DNA of 64,000 nucleotides from Monocercomonoides exilis PA203. Lineage: Eukaryota; Protista; Preaxostyla. Made by a program: the position numbers and the translations under genes. The number at the start of each line of letters is the position of its first letter. Position 1 is the first letter of the stretch. This document shows, piece after piece, positions 47,809-60,423 of the stretch. The stretch lies in contig LSRY02000010.1 of NCBI GenBank assembly GCA_001643675.2, positions 1,054,001 to 1,118,000 of the forward strand, given 5' to 3'. The notes below the pieces were generated by a model, which was not told the origin of the DNA, searched no databases, and saw only the letters and a list, made by a program, of their open reading frames with translations.

Positions 47809-48745
47809 TATTTCAGATTTTAATTCGAATTATGGAAAAAGAAAGAAAGAAATTGATGAGATAAAAGCGTTTTTCTGAAGATTGAAAAAAAATTTATATC
47901 TGCAAGTGTTGCAAATTTCTTCACTTTTTGGATATAACTTAAAATACTTCGGAAATTTAATTTTCTTTTTTCTTTTTCTTTTTCTTTTTAAAACTTTATA
48001 ATCGCATGTGTTGAAAGAGGCGATTTTTTATTCTTTTGCATCAGTTGCCAAATAGAAATCGTTTCATAGCTATTTTTTGATTCCTTAATTTCAATGTGAC
48101 TAAAATTTCATAATATTTGTTGAAATTATTATTATTTTTTTTCATGTTTGATTTTTTAATTATTTTTTTCAGAATTATTTTTGTTGAACTATGCTCCTAA
48201 AAATTTGATATGTTTTCATAATACTTGCATGTAAATAGCGCTCGCAAATACATGCTTTAAATATATTTATTTTATCTGATGTTTTTAAGTTGTGCTGATA
48301 GGTTTTCTTAAATTTAAGTTTGCATAAATATTTTTCAATACAAATTTATAAATGTTATGTTATGTTTTCAACTAAGACTTTTTGTGTACGATCTTTCAAC
48401 CTCTTGATTCCTTTCTCAATCAAAAATGGTTGACAATTTAAAAGTTGTGCTTTTATTTTTATAATTAATTTAAAGCATTCAATGATTAATTATTCGTTCC
48501 ATCATGAAAAAGTTATTTTTACCTCAATATCAATTCATTTTTCTTTAACGAAAATAATTCAAGATTATCTTCTTGATTATTTTCCAATCACCGTAATATT
48601 GTACAAATTCATTAAACCTCAATAGCATCAACATTATTTCGCAGACGAAACCCAAGAGTTATTGCAATGAGTTCAGAAAACGTGAAGTGGAAGATTTGAG
48701 TTGGAAAGAAAAGCTATTTGACATTAAAAATTATTAAAAACAGAT

Positions 48746-49266
48746 TCAAAGGAAATAAATGCAGAAAATAAGAGCCGAAGCAAATAGTTGATTTTTTTGA
48801 TATTTTGCGGAGACGCATATGTCGTATGTGGGATCCCAGAGGCACCGAGATGAAATACGAACACCTTGATCTTTTATCTCTCCTAATGTGACTTGACAAG
48901 CAAATTTATATCTGGTGTAATGCAATTCTACAATTAAAAGTCGTGTGAGCATAGTAATTAAAAGAAATCTTAAACAATAAATGGAAAATGCTAGCAAAGA
49001 AAAACCGCTTATTTGTGTTAAGATCTCTTGACTAATGTTCTTTGAAACTTTTGGAGCCATTGCTGCATCATATGTTGCATCTTTTAAAACACTTTCCAAA
49101 ACGTCTTCAGCGATTTTTTGAATTTTTTCAAAAGAAACTCTAAAAAATCTCATGATAATCTGAAACGTTGCATATTTGGATTTTAACTTTCACACTTCTC
49201 TTTTTTCAAAGGTCCAAGTTGATAAGTGTTTTCAACCAAAACTGTTCTGCCTTCCTCTTCCATCAT
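48746..49266 (-). CDS. Tctex-1 family dynein light chain (TCTEX1D2/DYNLT2B-like), 3 exons
   Basis: MMEEEGRTVLVENTYQLGP...; IQKIAEDVLESVLKDATYD...; YTRYKFACQVTLGEIKDQGVRISSRCLWDPTYDICVSAKYQKNQLFASALIFCIY. Confidence 0.9.
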
Positions 49267-49582
49267 TTTAAAAGATGAAATACAACTGATAGATCGTATT
49301 TACCCCAATTTTTATAGCTGGCAAAAAATGGTTCATTGCTGCAAAATGCAAAACATTATATGAATGTTGATGAAATGAGAAAAAGATGAAAATTGATCAA
49401 AAATTACACACTTCAAAATATTCAAAAACTTGATTTCTTATCAAGATGGATGATTGCTGCACTTTTGTCCAATGCTCCACTGAAAAAGTTTTATAAATTA
49501 TTATTCTTTTGAAAAGAAACTATTTAATTGTGTTTTATAATTTTGAATTTACCGATTTTTTATTTTGAAGAAAATAGGAAGA

Positions 49583-51868
49583 ATGTCCAACCAAACCGAC
49601 GATAACGAAAATTCTATCAGTTTTTGCGATCGCACGTTAGGTTGTAAGAGTTTATCAAGATCGAAAACAACTTTTGGGAATTTCTTCAAATCAGAAACAG
49701 CTTCGTCAATACGCTTTCCCCTTAAACAAGTGCAGTCATTCAACGTGAATTTTAAATCCGATGAAAAAGAATTGGTGCTAAGGAGAGATTATTTTAATTC
49801 ACTTATATCTTATTATCTTTCGTCTGCACATCAAAACGATTCAATTTTTGAGGATAATGAATGCAATGCTTTTTTCTCAAAAAATAACAAAGGAGAAGAT
49901 GTTAAGGAAGTCGAAGAGCTCATGAATGAATATTCAAAAAAGCAATGCGCGAGATGCGAAAAAACTAATAAAAAAATATATTGTGAAGATCAGAAAAAAG
50001 ATGAAGAATTTTCACAAAATCGTTGTGAACGAGCAGAAATAGAAGGAAAGGAGAGCTGGTACGATGAAATTTGCAAGAATGATAATAAAGTTATCGAAGA
50101 TATAAGTCAAATTGAGATGATAAGCAAACTTGGAAGAGATTATTTTGAATGGAAAAAAGAAATGAAAGAAAGGCTGAAGAAGAAAGAAGACGATCGAGGA
50201 ACATTAAAACAAGACAGTTTTAGGAAGCAAACAATTTATGACAACAAGCAAATTTCGAACAGTTACATCAATGAGCATAAAACTTTTTACTCTTTATCTT
50301 TTCAGCCCAGAGATAAAAGTACATCTTTTTCATTCATGTCTTCATCAACCAATTCATCATCATCAACTTCCTCTTCTTCATCGTCTTCTTCTTTATCACC
50401 ACTTTCCATATTTCCTTCTCCTTCTCCTTCCTCAACAATTCTTCTTCTCAATGCTTCTCATGAACATAGAACTTCCTCGTCTCCAGTCTTGCAATCATCA
50501 TCCAATTTGCCTCAACACAATTTGTTTGAATCATCACTTGATCCTTCATATTCTCCAGTTGTAGAAACAACAACAGCAGAAAATCCCATTCAAGCCCGCC
50601 TCAAAGAATCCGAAAGTGTACCAGATGACTATGCATCGTCAGAGGAGCTGCTGGCACGGACGCTGGAGCGGTGGAGTGTGCTGCGGAAGAAGTTCCAGGG
50701 AGTGAGTGTGGATTGCGAGGTGACTGTGGATGGGAGAAGGGAGACGCTGGTGGAAGAGGTGGAAGAAAGAATGATGAGAAAGAGGTGGGCGCAGCAGGAT
50801 GTGGAAGTGAGGAGGAAAGGGGAGGAATGGGGTGCTTTGGGAAGGAGGGGAGAGAAGAAGAAGAAGAAGAAGAAGAAGAAAGGAGAGGAAGAGAAGGAGA
50901 AATACGAAGAATGTATGGAAAATGCAAAAGAAGGAAATTTTGAAGCACAAGAAGAAGAAGAAGAAGAAGACGATAACAGCACAGCAAATGTTGAATCATT
51001 TGCAGCTTTGAAAAGAAAAGAATGGAAGAAGCAGATTGCTGAAGCGAGGCTTTTTTTGAAGCGGTTTGGGGTGTGGGTGAGGAAAGAGATGTTTTCAGAC
51101 GAAGAAGAAGAAGAAATGTGGGACGCAGCTGAAGAAGCAGAGCAGAGAAGAGAGATGAAGAATGACAGGAAAGAGGGGCTGAGGGAGAACATTGGAAATA
51201 TGGATTCAGAGTCAATGAAGCAATTGTTGAAGGAGAATGAAGAGGAAGGCAGAAAGAGAGAGATAGAGAAAGCGGAAGATTTATCATCAATCGGTGAAGC
51301 TCAGTTGAATCAAAATATCAACTGCACATTTATTGGTTGTAACCAAGTTGACAAACAAGAAGACAAAACCAGCTTTCTTTTAACACAGACGACTCAGGAT
51401 TCATTTGAATCTCCATTAATTTTGAGTGATCCTTCATTTCCTTTGCCAGAAGCATCATGTGAACAAGATGGCAGAAAGGCTGCTTTGAGGCATTCAGAAG
51501 TGAATCTTCTGTCTCATTTGCTTTTGTCGTTTTCTGAAGCACCGTCACCTTTTGAGACATATTCTGTTGTTTTTCAAAATTATTCTTCTCTTTCGTTATC
51601 TTCTTCAAATTCTTCAAATTCTTCTTCATATTCTTCTTCAAATTCTTCTTCTTCAACTTCATATTCTTTTTCTTCTCCACATTCTTCAGATTTCATATCT
51701 TCTTCTCGTTTATTTCCTTCAAGCCAACAAATTACCTCAAAACAAGAGAGATTAGCAAGTGACTTCAAACAAACAGATCAAAATCTTCTTTCATTTGCTC
51801 CATGTTCTGATGGAAATGATGATGAATTCGAATGTTTTTTCCCTTTCAATGCTGAAAGATTTCCAATG

Positions 51869-51899
<31 letters not shown>

Positions 51900-52498
51900 C
51901 AAAAGATTCATCATTTATTTCTTTTTCTTCCTCTTCTTCTTCTTCTTCTTCCATTCCTCCATTGAATTCCTCACAAACCCACAATTTTGAGCTTCCGATG
52001 TGGGTTCAAGTGAAACGGAGATACAGTTTCCATCCAATGGTGACTGATCTTTCAACACAATCTCCGCTTTATTCAATTCTTCTGCTGAAATTGACGTCTT
52101 CATCGACATCGGGCAAAGCTTATCTGATTAATTCTGGCTGTTGTGGTTATGATACTGGTTCTGATTCATTTTCAATATCATCTTCGAATTCTACTTTTAA
52201 TTCCTCTTCTTCTCATTTGTTATTATCATCAGTACCTTATTTATCATATTCATCTCAGTTAAAATCTTTAATAACAGATGATTGTTTAGCATCTTCTTCT
52301 TCTTCCTCTTCTTCTTCCTCTTCCTCTTCTTCCTCTTCTTTTCGTGCTTTGTCTCTCATCCACCATCAGAACCAGCGCCATCAGCAGCAGAAGAGGAGGT
52401 TTTGCAAAGTGAGCAGGCAAATCTGGTTTGAGCGCCAGTTTCGACAGACAAGCTGGTACTCGAAATACCCCTGGGTATTTGACAGGCCTGTCTGCTGA
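49583..52498 (+). CDS. Hypothetical low-complexity (Ser-, Glu/Lys-rich) protein, ~970 aa
   Basis: Single long ORF with first ATG at 49583. No recognisable domain. Confidence 0.65.
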
Positions 52499-53286
52499 AA
52501 GACTCATTGGAGAGAAGAGTTTATTAGATGATGTTGAGGAATTTGCTGAAATGTTATAGTACTTTATGATAGTTAGGTTTTTTTGTAAAAAAGAAAATTT
52601 AGTCATTAATAATTGTTATGTTTTAGTTTGTGAAAACCTTATTTTCTTCTTTTTCATCTTTATTATTATTATTATTATTATTATGGAATCACTCTGCTTT
52701 TGTGATGCATTATGTGCTGTGTTTGAATTTACAAAATTAAAATTTGAGAAACTTTACTTAACTTGAATATTATAGACTTTAACATTACTTGAAATTTTAG
52801 ATGACGTATAGGTTTTTTAATTTTGTATGAGTGCAGACACAGTAAAAAATGCCTGAGTTTTTTTAAGTTTTGATTTTTTTGTGAAGAGGAAAAAAAATGT
52901 CAAATACCCATTACTTTTATTTTATCAAGAATATTGCACAAAATAAACATTTTGTCTTTTAAGGATTTCGAATATATTAATAAATACTTTTTGTTTGTTA
53001 GAACTTCAAATTATTAAAGAAGGGCATAGATAAGTTATTTATTGTAAATTTCTTAATCAGCACTGACGGCAAAATAATTATTCTGTTCATAAAAAATTTG
53101 CACAAACGTAAATAACAGAATTATGAATAATGGAATCACGCTATTTCAAATCTTTTTTCCCGAATCACGTTACCTCCAAATAAGTGAAAAAAACGCAAAA
53201 AATTGAAATTTGACACTTTCAGAAAACGCTAATGGGACAATAAATTTTTGAAGTCAAAAACATAAAAGCAAATATTATAGATACAG

Positions 53287-54147
53287 ATGTTTTTCACATT
53301 GCTGTTTAGCTCAATATATGCAACAAATTTGGTTGAACTCATCAACAATGATCCCAAAGCACTGTGGAAGGCTGTCGAATATCCAAGAGAAATGATTACA
53401 AGAGCAAAAATGTTTGCCATGAGTGGAGATAAAACAACATACAAAGCACCAAAGAAATATTTCGCACCAGATCCATCCACAGTCCCCGTATCCTTTGATG
53501 CACGAAAAAAATGGCCGAACAAGTTGTCCCCAATTGCAGACCAAGGAACAGTGTGCGGTGGCTGCTGGGCTTTTGCATCAGCAGAAGCTGTTGGAGATAG
53601 ATTCAATATCAAAGGCTGCCCAAAAGGCGTTCTTTCACCACAAGATTTGATTTCTTGTGACAAATATGACAATGGTTGCGATGGAGGTGCAGGAGATACA
53701 TCAATGAGATGGATAGCAGATCATGGAGTTGCAACAGAACAATGCTTGCCATATGTTTCAATTAAAGGAAGAGTTCCAGCCTGCCCAGCCAGATGCATGA
53801 ATGGATCATCAATTACAAGATACAAAATCGACAAAATGCAAGTCTTTCATATGGACGACGTTCAAAAGGAACTCATGGAAAATGGCCCATTAGCTTTCAA
53901 TTATCGTCTTTATGAAGATATGATGCATTATAAATCAGGAATTTATCATCATTTGCATGGAAAAGACATGGGCGGAAGACATGCAGTTTTGTTGATTGGA
54001 TGGGGAGTTGAAAATGATGTTCCATACTGGCTCATCCAAAATTCATGGGGTGCTGATTGGGGAGAAGCTGGGCACTTTAGAATGCTTAGAGGCGTTAATG
54101 AATGCGGTTGCGAAGAAGGATTTTATGCTGGAAACGTAACATGCTAG
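53287..54147 (+). CDS. Cathepsin B-like cysteine protease (papain family C1A), intronless
   Basis: Signal peptide; PVSFDARKKWP; DQGTVCGGCWAF (catalytic Cys); LSPQDLISCD; GCDGG; GRHAVLLIGWG (His); YWLIQNSWGADWGEAGHF (Asn). Confidence 0.95.
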   Translation: MFFTLLFSSIYATNLVELINNDPKALWKAVEYPREMITRAKMFAMSGDKTTYKAPKKYFAPDPSTVPVSFDARKKWPNKLSPIADQGTVCGGCWAFASAEAVGDRFNIKGCPKGVLSPQDLISCDKYDNGCDGGAGDTSMRWIADHGVATEQCLPYVSIKGRVPACPARCMNGSSITRYKIDKMQVFHMDDVQKELMENGPLAFNYRLYEDMMHYKSGIYHHLHGKDMGGRHAVLLIGWGVENDVPYWLIQNSWGADWGEAGHFRMLRGVNECGCEEGFYAGNVTC

Positions 54148-55015
54148 AAATATTAAAAGTTTAATATTTAGCTTATGAATCCTTCAACAGCTTGAAATTT
54201 GAGGCCTTCGTTTCGAAATCATTTAGAGAATTAGTTTCTTTTTCTTTTCTTTTCTTTTTTTTCATATCTGTATTTCAATCCATTTTTAAATTTAAGAGAA
54301 TTAATTTTTAAAATATTGAATATAATCATACAATGTTAAATAATTTTATAAAGCTAATGCTTTGATATAAACGTAATGTTTCAATGACCTTATGCGTCCG
54401 TCACACTTTTTACCAAACAATAATCAAAAATGAAAAAGCAGGAACTTTGAAAAGATACCACAAACATTTTCGAGATTAATTTGCTTCATCTATTGCAATA
54501 TAGCAAGTAACATATCATAATCATTCAATTGTTGTTATATTTTCAATTTTAAGAATAATTGTTATGATCATAAACCAGTTTTAAATTAATATTATCAACC
54601 AAAATCATTGGATATTCACATTTCAAATTGACAATTATTAGCAAACCTAATTTCAAAAATTCATTCTCTGAAAGATAATATCCGTTGATTAAAAAATTTT
54701 TATATGCTTTAGAGATTTATAAAAGTGAATAAGATTTGCGTAGAAATTTATAACTTTTTGTCAATGAACTGTGAAGCAAAAATTTGGTATATGCTCTTTT
54801 TAAAGAAGTGTAATTTTTTTCTCTTTGTGTTGTGAAAGAGTGAAATGCAAGAAATATCTGAAATGGAAGTTAGATAGAAGAGCACAATCTCCAAGATAAG
54901 AAACAAAATATCACAAAGCGAAAACAAAGAAAATTTGGCGAGTGAAATTTGGAAGAAGAAGAGAAAAGCATGAATTGTATAGGGGAAAAAAAAAACTATT
55001 ATTTAACTATTATTA

Positions 55016-58000
55016 TTATTTACAATTCATCTCCTGGTTCGTCCAACTCAATAACATCTGTGAGAACAACTTTTTTGTAGTTGACAAGATACATTGGATT
55101 CTCTGGATCAAGCTGCCGTGCCATCTCAAAGTCCTTCGCTGCATCATCGAGCCTGTCAAGTGACTGTGAAAATTATCGATCACACAATAATAATCACATA
55201 TATACACAAAAAGTGAATGATTTTAGTGAAAAATATTTGAAAATGAAAATTCATTGAATTAACAGTTAAAAACACGTGAAAATGCAAACTTTGAAAACAA
55301 AAGCTCTTCTGAAGAACGCCTTGGCATTATGCGGCTGAAGCTCGATCACCACATTGAAATCTTTTAATGAATCTAAGAAAAGAAAAGAAAAGAAGAATAA
55401 AGAAAAGCATATTTCATTTGAACAAAAACACAATGAAATAATATACAATCCAAATAAGCTTCAAAAACTAAGTTAAAAAAATTCTCCCAAACCTTCATAT
55501 CTCTCCAGCATCTGCAGAGCCTTAGCTCTTTCGTGGATGAACGGCGCATACACTCCACTTTCCTCTATCGCCTTTGTCAGCCACTCCACAGCCTTCGCAT
55601 ACTCATGCAAACACGCATAGCACAATCCAATGTGATATAAACAGTCAGGCAAACATGAAGGAGTGGAAGAAGAAGAAGAGGTTGACTCAGATGTTGTGAG
55701 CTCACCTGCTGATGAAGACAAAGTTGGTGCTGCTGAAAGAAGATCAGCAAGCGCGTGGGTGTATCTCCTTCCGAAGTAGTATGAGAGGCCTCGACGATAC
55801 AAAATACTGTTATTGAACGGAAATCGAAATGATTGATTCGGGGAAAAAAATAAATAAAAAAATACATGTGAATGATTGGTAATTAATAATATGTTCAAAA
55901 TAAGGGGGGAAAACGAGGAAAAGGTTAATAAGTGGTGAAAGAAAATTAATATTTTTAATAAAAAATAAAACAAAGAAAAGAAGAATAAACACACTTTGCA
56001 TCTCCCTTCCTCAGCTCATCTGCTCTTGTGAAATCCTTCACAGCTTTCTTGTACCTCTCCAGTTCGTGCCAGCACACGCCTCTGTTGAAGAAATACTCCC
56101 CCCGCTCTTCTTTCGCAATGGCACGTGTCAAATCGTCTATCGCCATGTCAAATCGCTTCAGAAACTTCCACGCCAATGAGCGAGTGTTCAGTAGATCCGC
56201 ATCCACTCCATCATCCACATCCGCTTTCTGCTCAGTGCCATCTGCAGAAGCAGCAGCAGCAGCCGTTGAACCGCCTGCTTTTGAAGCGTTCGGCGCAGTC
56301 GAAGACGAGCTTGCAGACGCAGACGATGAAGAAGGCACAGCCACTTTTCCACCGTCTGCCTTCTTCGCAGCCCCACCTTCACCCCCAGCTCCTTCTCCGC
56401 TCTGTGCTGCCGCCTCCCTCTTCTTCCTTTCGAACTCCTCTTTGCTGAGCTCGATCGCCTTGTTGAGGTCGAGCAGCGCCTCCTCAGCTTTCTCCAGCTG
56501 CAAGTAGCACTGCCCGCGGTGGTAGTAGTCGCTCACACACGGCGGCCCGTCCTCGATGGCGCGGGTGAACGCGTCAACGGCCTCGGCGTGGTGTCCTGTG
56601 TCAGTCAGGATGATCGCCCGCGCCTCAAACAGCCGCCGGTCTGAGGAGTCCAGCATGATCGCACGCTCGATCGCGTCACTGGCTTCTGCAAAGCGCTGCA
56701 GGACACGCAAGACAAGCGACTTGTGGTAGAACGACGGGATGAATGTGCCGTCGCGGTCGATCGCGGAACTGAACTCGTGGTTGGCTTTCTCAAGCTCTGA
56801 GAGGAGAGATGTGGATGATTGAAGAAAGAAGAAGAAGAAGAAGAAGAAGAAGAAGAAGAAGAAGAAGAAGACATGGTCAAAAAAGAAGTAGAATATACAA
56901 AATACAATGGTGTTAATTACGTATCAAATAAAAATCTTGTTTTTGAAAATTAAATGACAAAATGAATGTGAATATTGGTTGTTTATCATTCATCAAATAT
57001 TTCATATATCAAATACCTTCCAACTCCTCAAAGCAGAGTCCCCGTGCGTGGTAATACGCTGCGATGGTTGGGCAGAGCTCGATGGCTCTGTTGATGTCTT
57101 CCAGCGCCTCTTTGACATCTCCATTGTCTCTGCGGGCATTCCCCCTGTTGTAGTAATAGTTCGCGTTCTCCCCATCGAGCGCAATGGCGTCGTTGAAGTC
57201 CTTCTCTGCCTGGCTGAAGTGCTTCAGCGAGTAATGCGCCATCCCGCGGTTGTTGAAGTGGAACGGGTTCTTGAAGTCGATCTGAATGGCGCGGTCGTAG
57301 CAGTTCAGCGCCGTCTGAAACTCCCCTTTCTCAAAGTAGCAGAGCCCAAGGTTGTTCCACCCAGCAGAATCACTGTGCACAGAGGTTTTTGAATATAAAA
57401 CAACAATATATGAGATAAGACAACAATGGAAAAATATTAAATATTTAGTTTGGCGCAAGTTTGAGAAATAAGGGGAATAAATAAAAATTAGATAAAAATA
57501 TTTTTTGACAACGTTAAATATTGGTAATAAAAAAAAACCACCGGAAAAAAAATTGCAAAGAAGAACAAATTTTATTTTCTTCAAAGTAACACACTTTGGT
57601 GATGCTTCAGTGGCAGCAGTGTAATCTTGAATTGCTCTATCTAATTCTCCCATTTGTCGAAAGCAGCTACCCCTGTTAAATAATGCACGAAACGATCGAG
57701 GATTCAGTTTTAGGGCTGAAGAGTAATCTGTTAAAGCAAGTAATGTTTCGCCTTTGTCGAAATATGCAAGTCCTCGATTGAAATAATAAGCTTCACATTC
57801 AGGGTCAAGCTCAATTGCTGATGTCAGATCTTTCACACATTCATCTGCCAACCCTAACTTTCTAAAACAAACTCCACGTTGGCCTTTTTTAATTATTAGC
57901 AGATAGTTGTTAAATAACTTAAAACAACAAAAAATAAACCGTAATAACTTGCATTTCGAGGTTCAAGATTTATTGATGTCTTAAAATCAATAAGTGCTCT

Positions 58001-58345
58001 ATTAGAAAAGTAATTAAAATATATTGAAAAATGCTCTCTCAAAATATTGAACGAAATTTTCAAACCTTTGAGGATTACTTTTTTTCATAAAGCATTGTCC
58101 CCTCAAGGAAAAACATTTCGCCCAAGATGCTTGACGCTCAATCGCATTGGAAAAGCAATGAATTGCTTCGTCAAGCTTGTTTTCTTTCATGTAATCAACA
58201 GCTTTTGTAAATAATCGTTTATAAAATAAAATAGAAAGTCAATACAAAAGTTAATACCTTGAACATATTCCTTTTTTGCGAGCCAATGATCCTGTTTGTC
58301 TTTCTTTTCTTTCTCTCTTTCGCGCGTTCCCCAGGCAAATGACAT
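55016..58345 (-). CDS. Multi-exon tetratricopeptide-repeat protein
   Basis: Many TPR units (YYFNRGLAYFDKGE, GWNNLGLCYFEKGEFQTALNCYDRAIQID, YYHRGQCYLQLEKAEEALLDLNKAIEL) across about 9 exons. ATG 58345, stop 55016-55018. Confidence 0.88.
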
Positions 58346-58438
58346 TATTTAAGCCCAACAACTTAACCTTAATATAATTTTGAATATACCATATTTATTT
58401 ATTTTTGATTTATTTGATCGTTTTTTCAACATTAATGA

Positions 58439-59485
58439 ATGAACGATAATATCAAATTTGATATTTTCAGTTGCAATGAAGAGCATATTAACAGAATTGC
58501 TGCTTCTTTACCAGAAAAGTATCAAAAGAGATGCGTAGATGCAATTATTCAATCACAATCAATGCATTCAAATGAGCCTTGTATTGAATTTGCAAATTCT
58601 TTGGATGCAAAAACGAAGGAGCTATTCAATAAACTTATTGAAATAGAACGATTTGAGTCATTATCTGTTGATCTTCAATTTTCTTCATCTTACAACACTT
58701 CGAGTAATATTGGAGAAGAAGCGACTTCAAATAGCACTTCTTCTCTATCTGCTCACGAATCAATTAATATGTATTCGGATTTTACACCAAGAGATCCTGA
58801 TGTTCCTTTTCCAAAATGCGTGTGCGAAACTATCCTAAGTCAGGATTCTTGGAAAAACAGTGTATTCGAACCAATCATTGATTGCAATGGAATTCCAAAT
58901 GAAGCTCTTTTTCGCCAAATGATAACCGGTAAAAATTTTGAAATTAAAGTTAACGAATCTCAAAGGCATTCTCTTGCAAAAAATATAATGAATCAGAATT
59001 TTAACACAGACGTTTGGCTTGGAAGCGATCAACGAGAGGTTATCGCAAGCTATTTCAAATTACTAGATCAATCTCATTTGAAAAATGCTTTTGTTGTGCT
59101 TCTTTCTATTTCAGGGGCTTTGTTCATTATAACTGTAGTTCTTTTAGTTGTGTTTTATATTACATCACTGTTAAAGACGCTTGGAGGGATTATATCTGTT
59201 GTTGTGTGTGCTGTCTTCACGTTTTTGTTGTTCTTTATAGCGACGTGGTTCAGCCATATCTACAATGCTCGCAAAAACTTGGACAGCGAAGAGCATTTCT
59301 CTTTAGTCCGTCCATCGGTCAGAAGATGTCTGAATAATCGTGTCTCTGACTGGAAAAAGGACGAAACGTATTGGTGGGTTCTGACAGAACGAGAAAGATG
59401 GGATCTCTTTAATTCCAAAGAAAAAGGCAATAAGGGAACGGAAGGTTCTTCTGGAAAACAGATTATTTCAACTGAAGGATCATGA
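58439..59485 (+). CDS. Hypothetical membrane protein with two adjacent TM helices
   Basis: 348-aa ORF with hydrophobic AFVVLLSISGALFIITVVLLVVFYI and LGGIISVVVCAVFTFLLFFIATWF. Confidence 0.75.
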   Translation: MNDNIKFDIFSCNEEHINRIAASLPEKYQKRCVDAIIQSQSMHSNEPCIEFANSLDAKTKELFNKLIEIERFESLSVDLQFSSSYNTSSNIGEEATSNSTSSLSAHESINMYSDFTPRDPDVPFPKCVCETILSQDSWKNSVFEPIIDCNGIPNEALFRQMITGKNFEIKVNESQRHSLAKNIMNQNFNTDVWLGSDQREVIASYFKLLDQSHLKNAFVVLLSISGALFIITVVLLVVFYITSLLKTLGGIISVVVCAVFTFLLFFIATWFSHIYNARKNLDSEEHFSLVRPSVRRCLNNRVSDWKKDETYWWVLTERERWDLFNSKEKGNKGTEGSSGKQIISTEGS

Positions 59486-60423
59486 AATACAAGTTTTGCT
59501 TGTGTAATATTAAATGTGTTGTTATGTTGTTATTAAATTTATTTAGATAATTTTATTTGGATATCATACATTTTTTGGATTATACTGTTTTTGTTGATGA
59601 TATTTTTTGTTGCGCAAACGTTTCTTCGAGCTTTTGTCTTAATGATATTTACTGTTTCGAGTTATTTTTATTTATCAAATAAATGGTTTTATTTTTTTGA
59701 TCACAATTTTTGTTTAATTTTTATCTTGATATTTTTTTTCAGATAATCATTTAACTCGTAGGCATTTTATGTATTTTGCTAATTTGAGTTTTAAATGAAT
59801 AAAAATTGCTTATGTTTTTTGAGCTGACTATGTCAAATATCAACTTTATGAGCAACTGAAGATTTAAAGTATTTTTTTAAAAAAAGTTTAAAATTTAAAA
59901 TAATTGAGTTTATAAAATTGAATGCTTTGTTTTTGAAATGAATCTGCACATTGGGATTAACAAGAATCACATTCAAGTGGACGATTCTGCATGAATAACA
60001 AAGCAAAACAAGAGACAGCCATGTTTGAAAACGCTTTTTCGTTTGAGCTGCTTCAACTTTAAGCAAATATAACTTTAAAGAAAAAGTTGAGCTTTTGAAT
60101 ACAACTTCTTTGAGAAGAATTGGTTAAGTGAGAGCGTTAAAAAAGTTCCTTTTAAAACAGAAAGCAGAAACTGGTAAATTAGCAATAAAACACTCAATGT
60201 GCAAAAAATAAAAATATTTTGAAATGAAAATGATTGATGCTCGGTTAATGAAATCATTATTCGAAGTCAATGAAAAAATTAGTACAAAAGAAGTTTGAAA
60301 TTTTTTTTAAAAAATTTAGAAAAACAATAAGCGCAGAAAAATACTAAAAAAGAGAATTGAAAGATATGCTACATTTATTTATATAAAACTGATAAAATAA
60401 GCGGTCATCAATTGAAAAATTTT

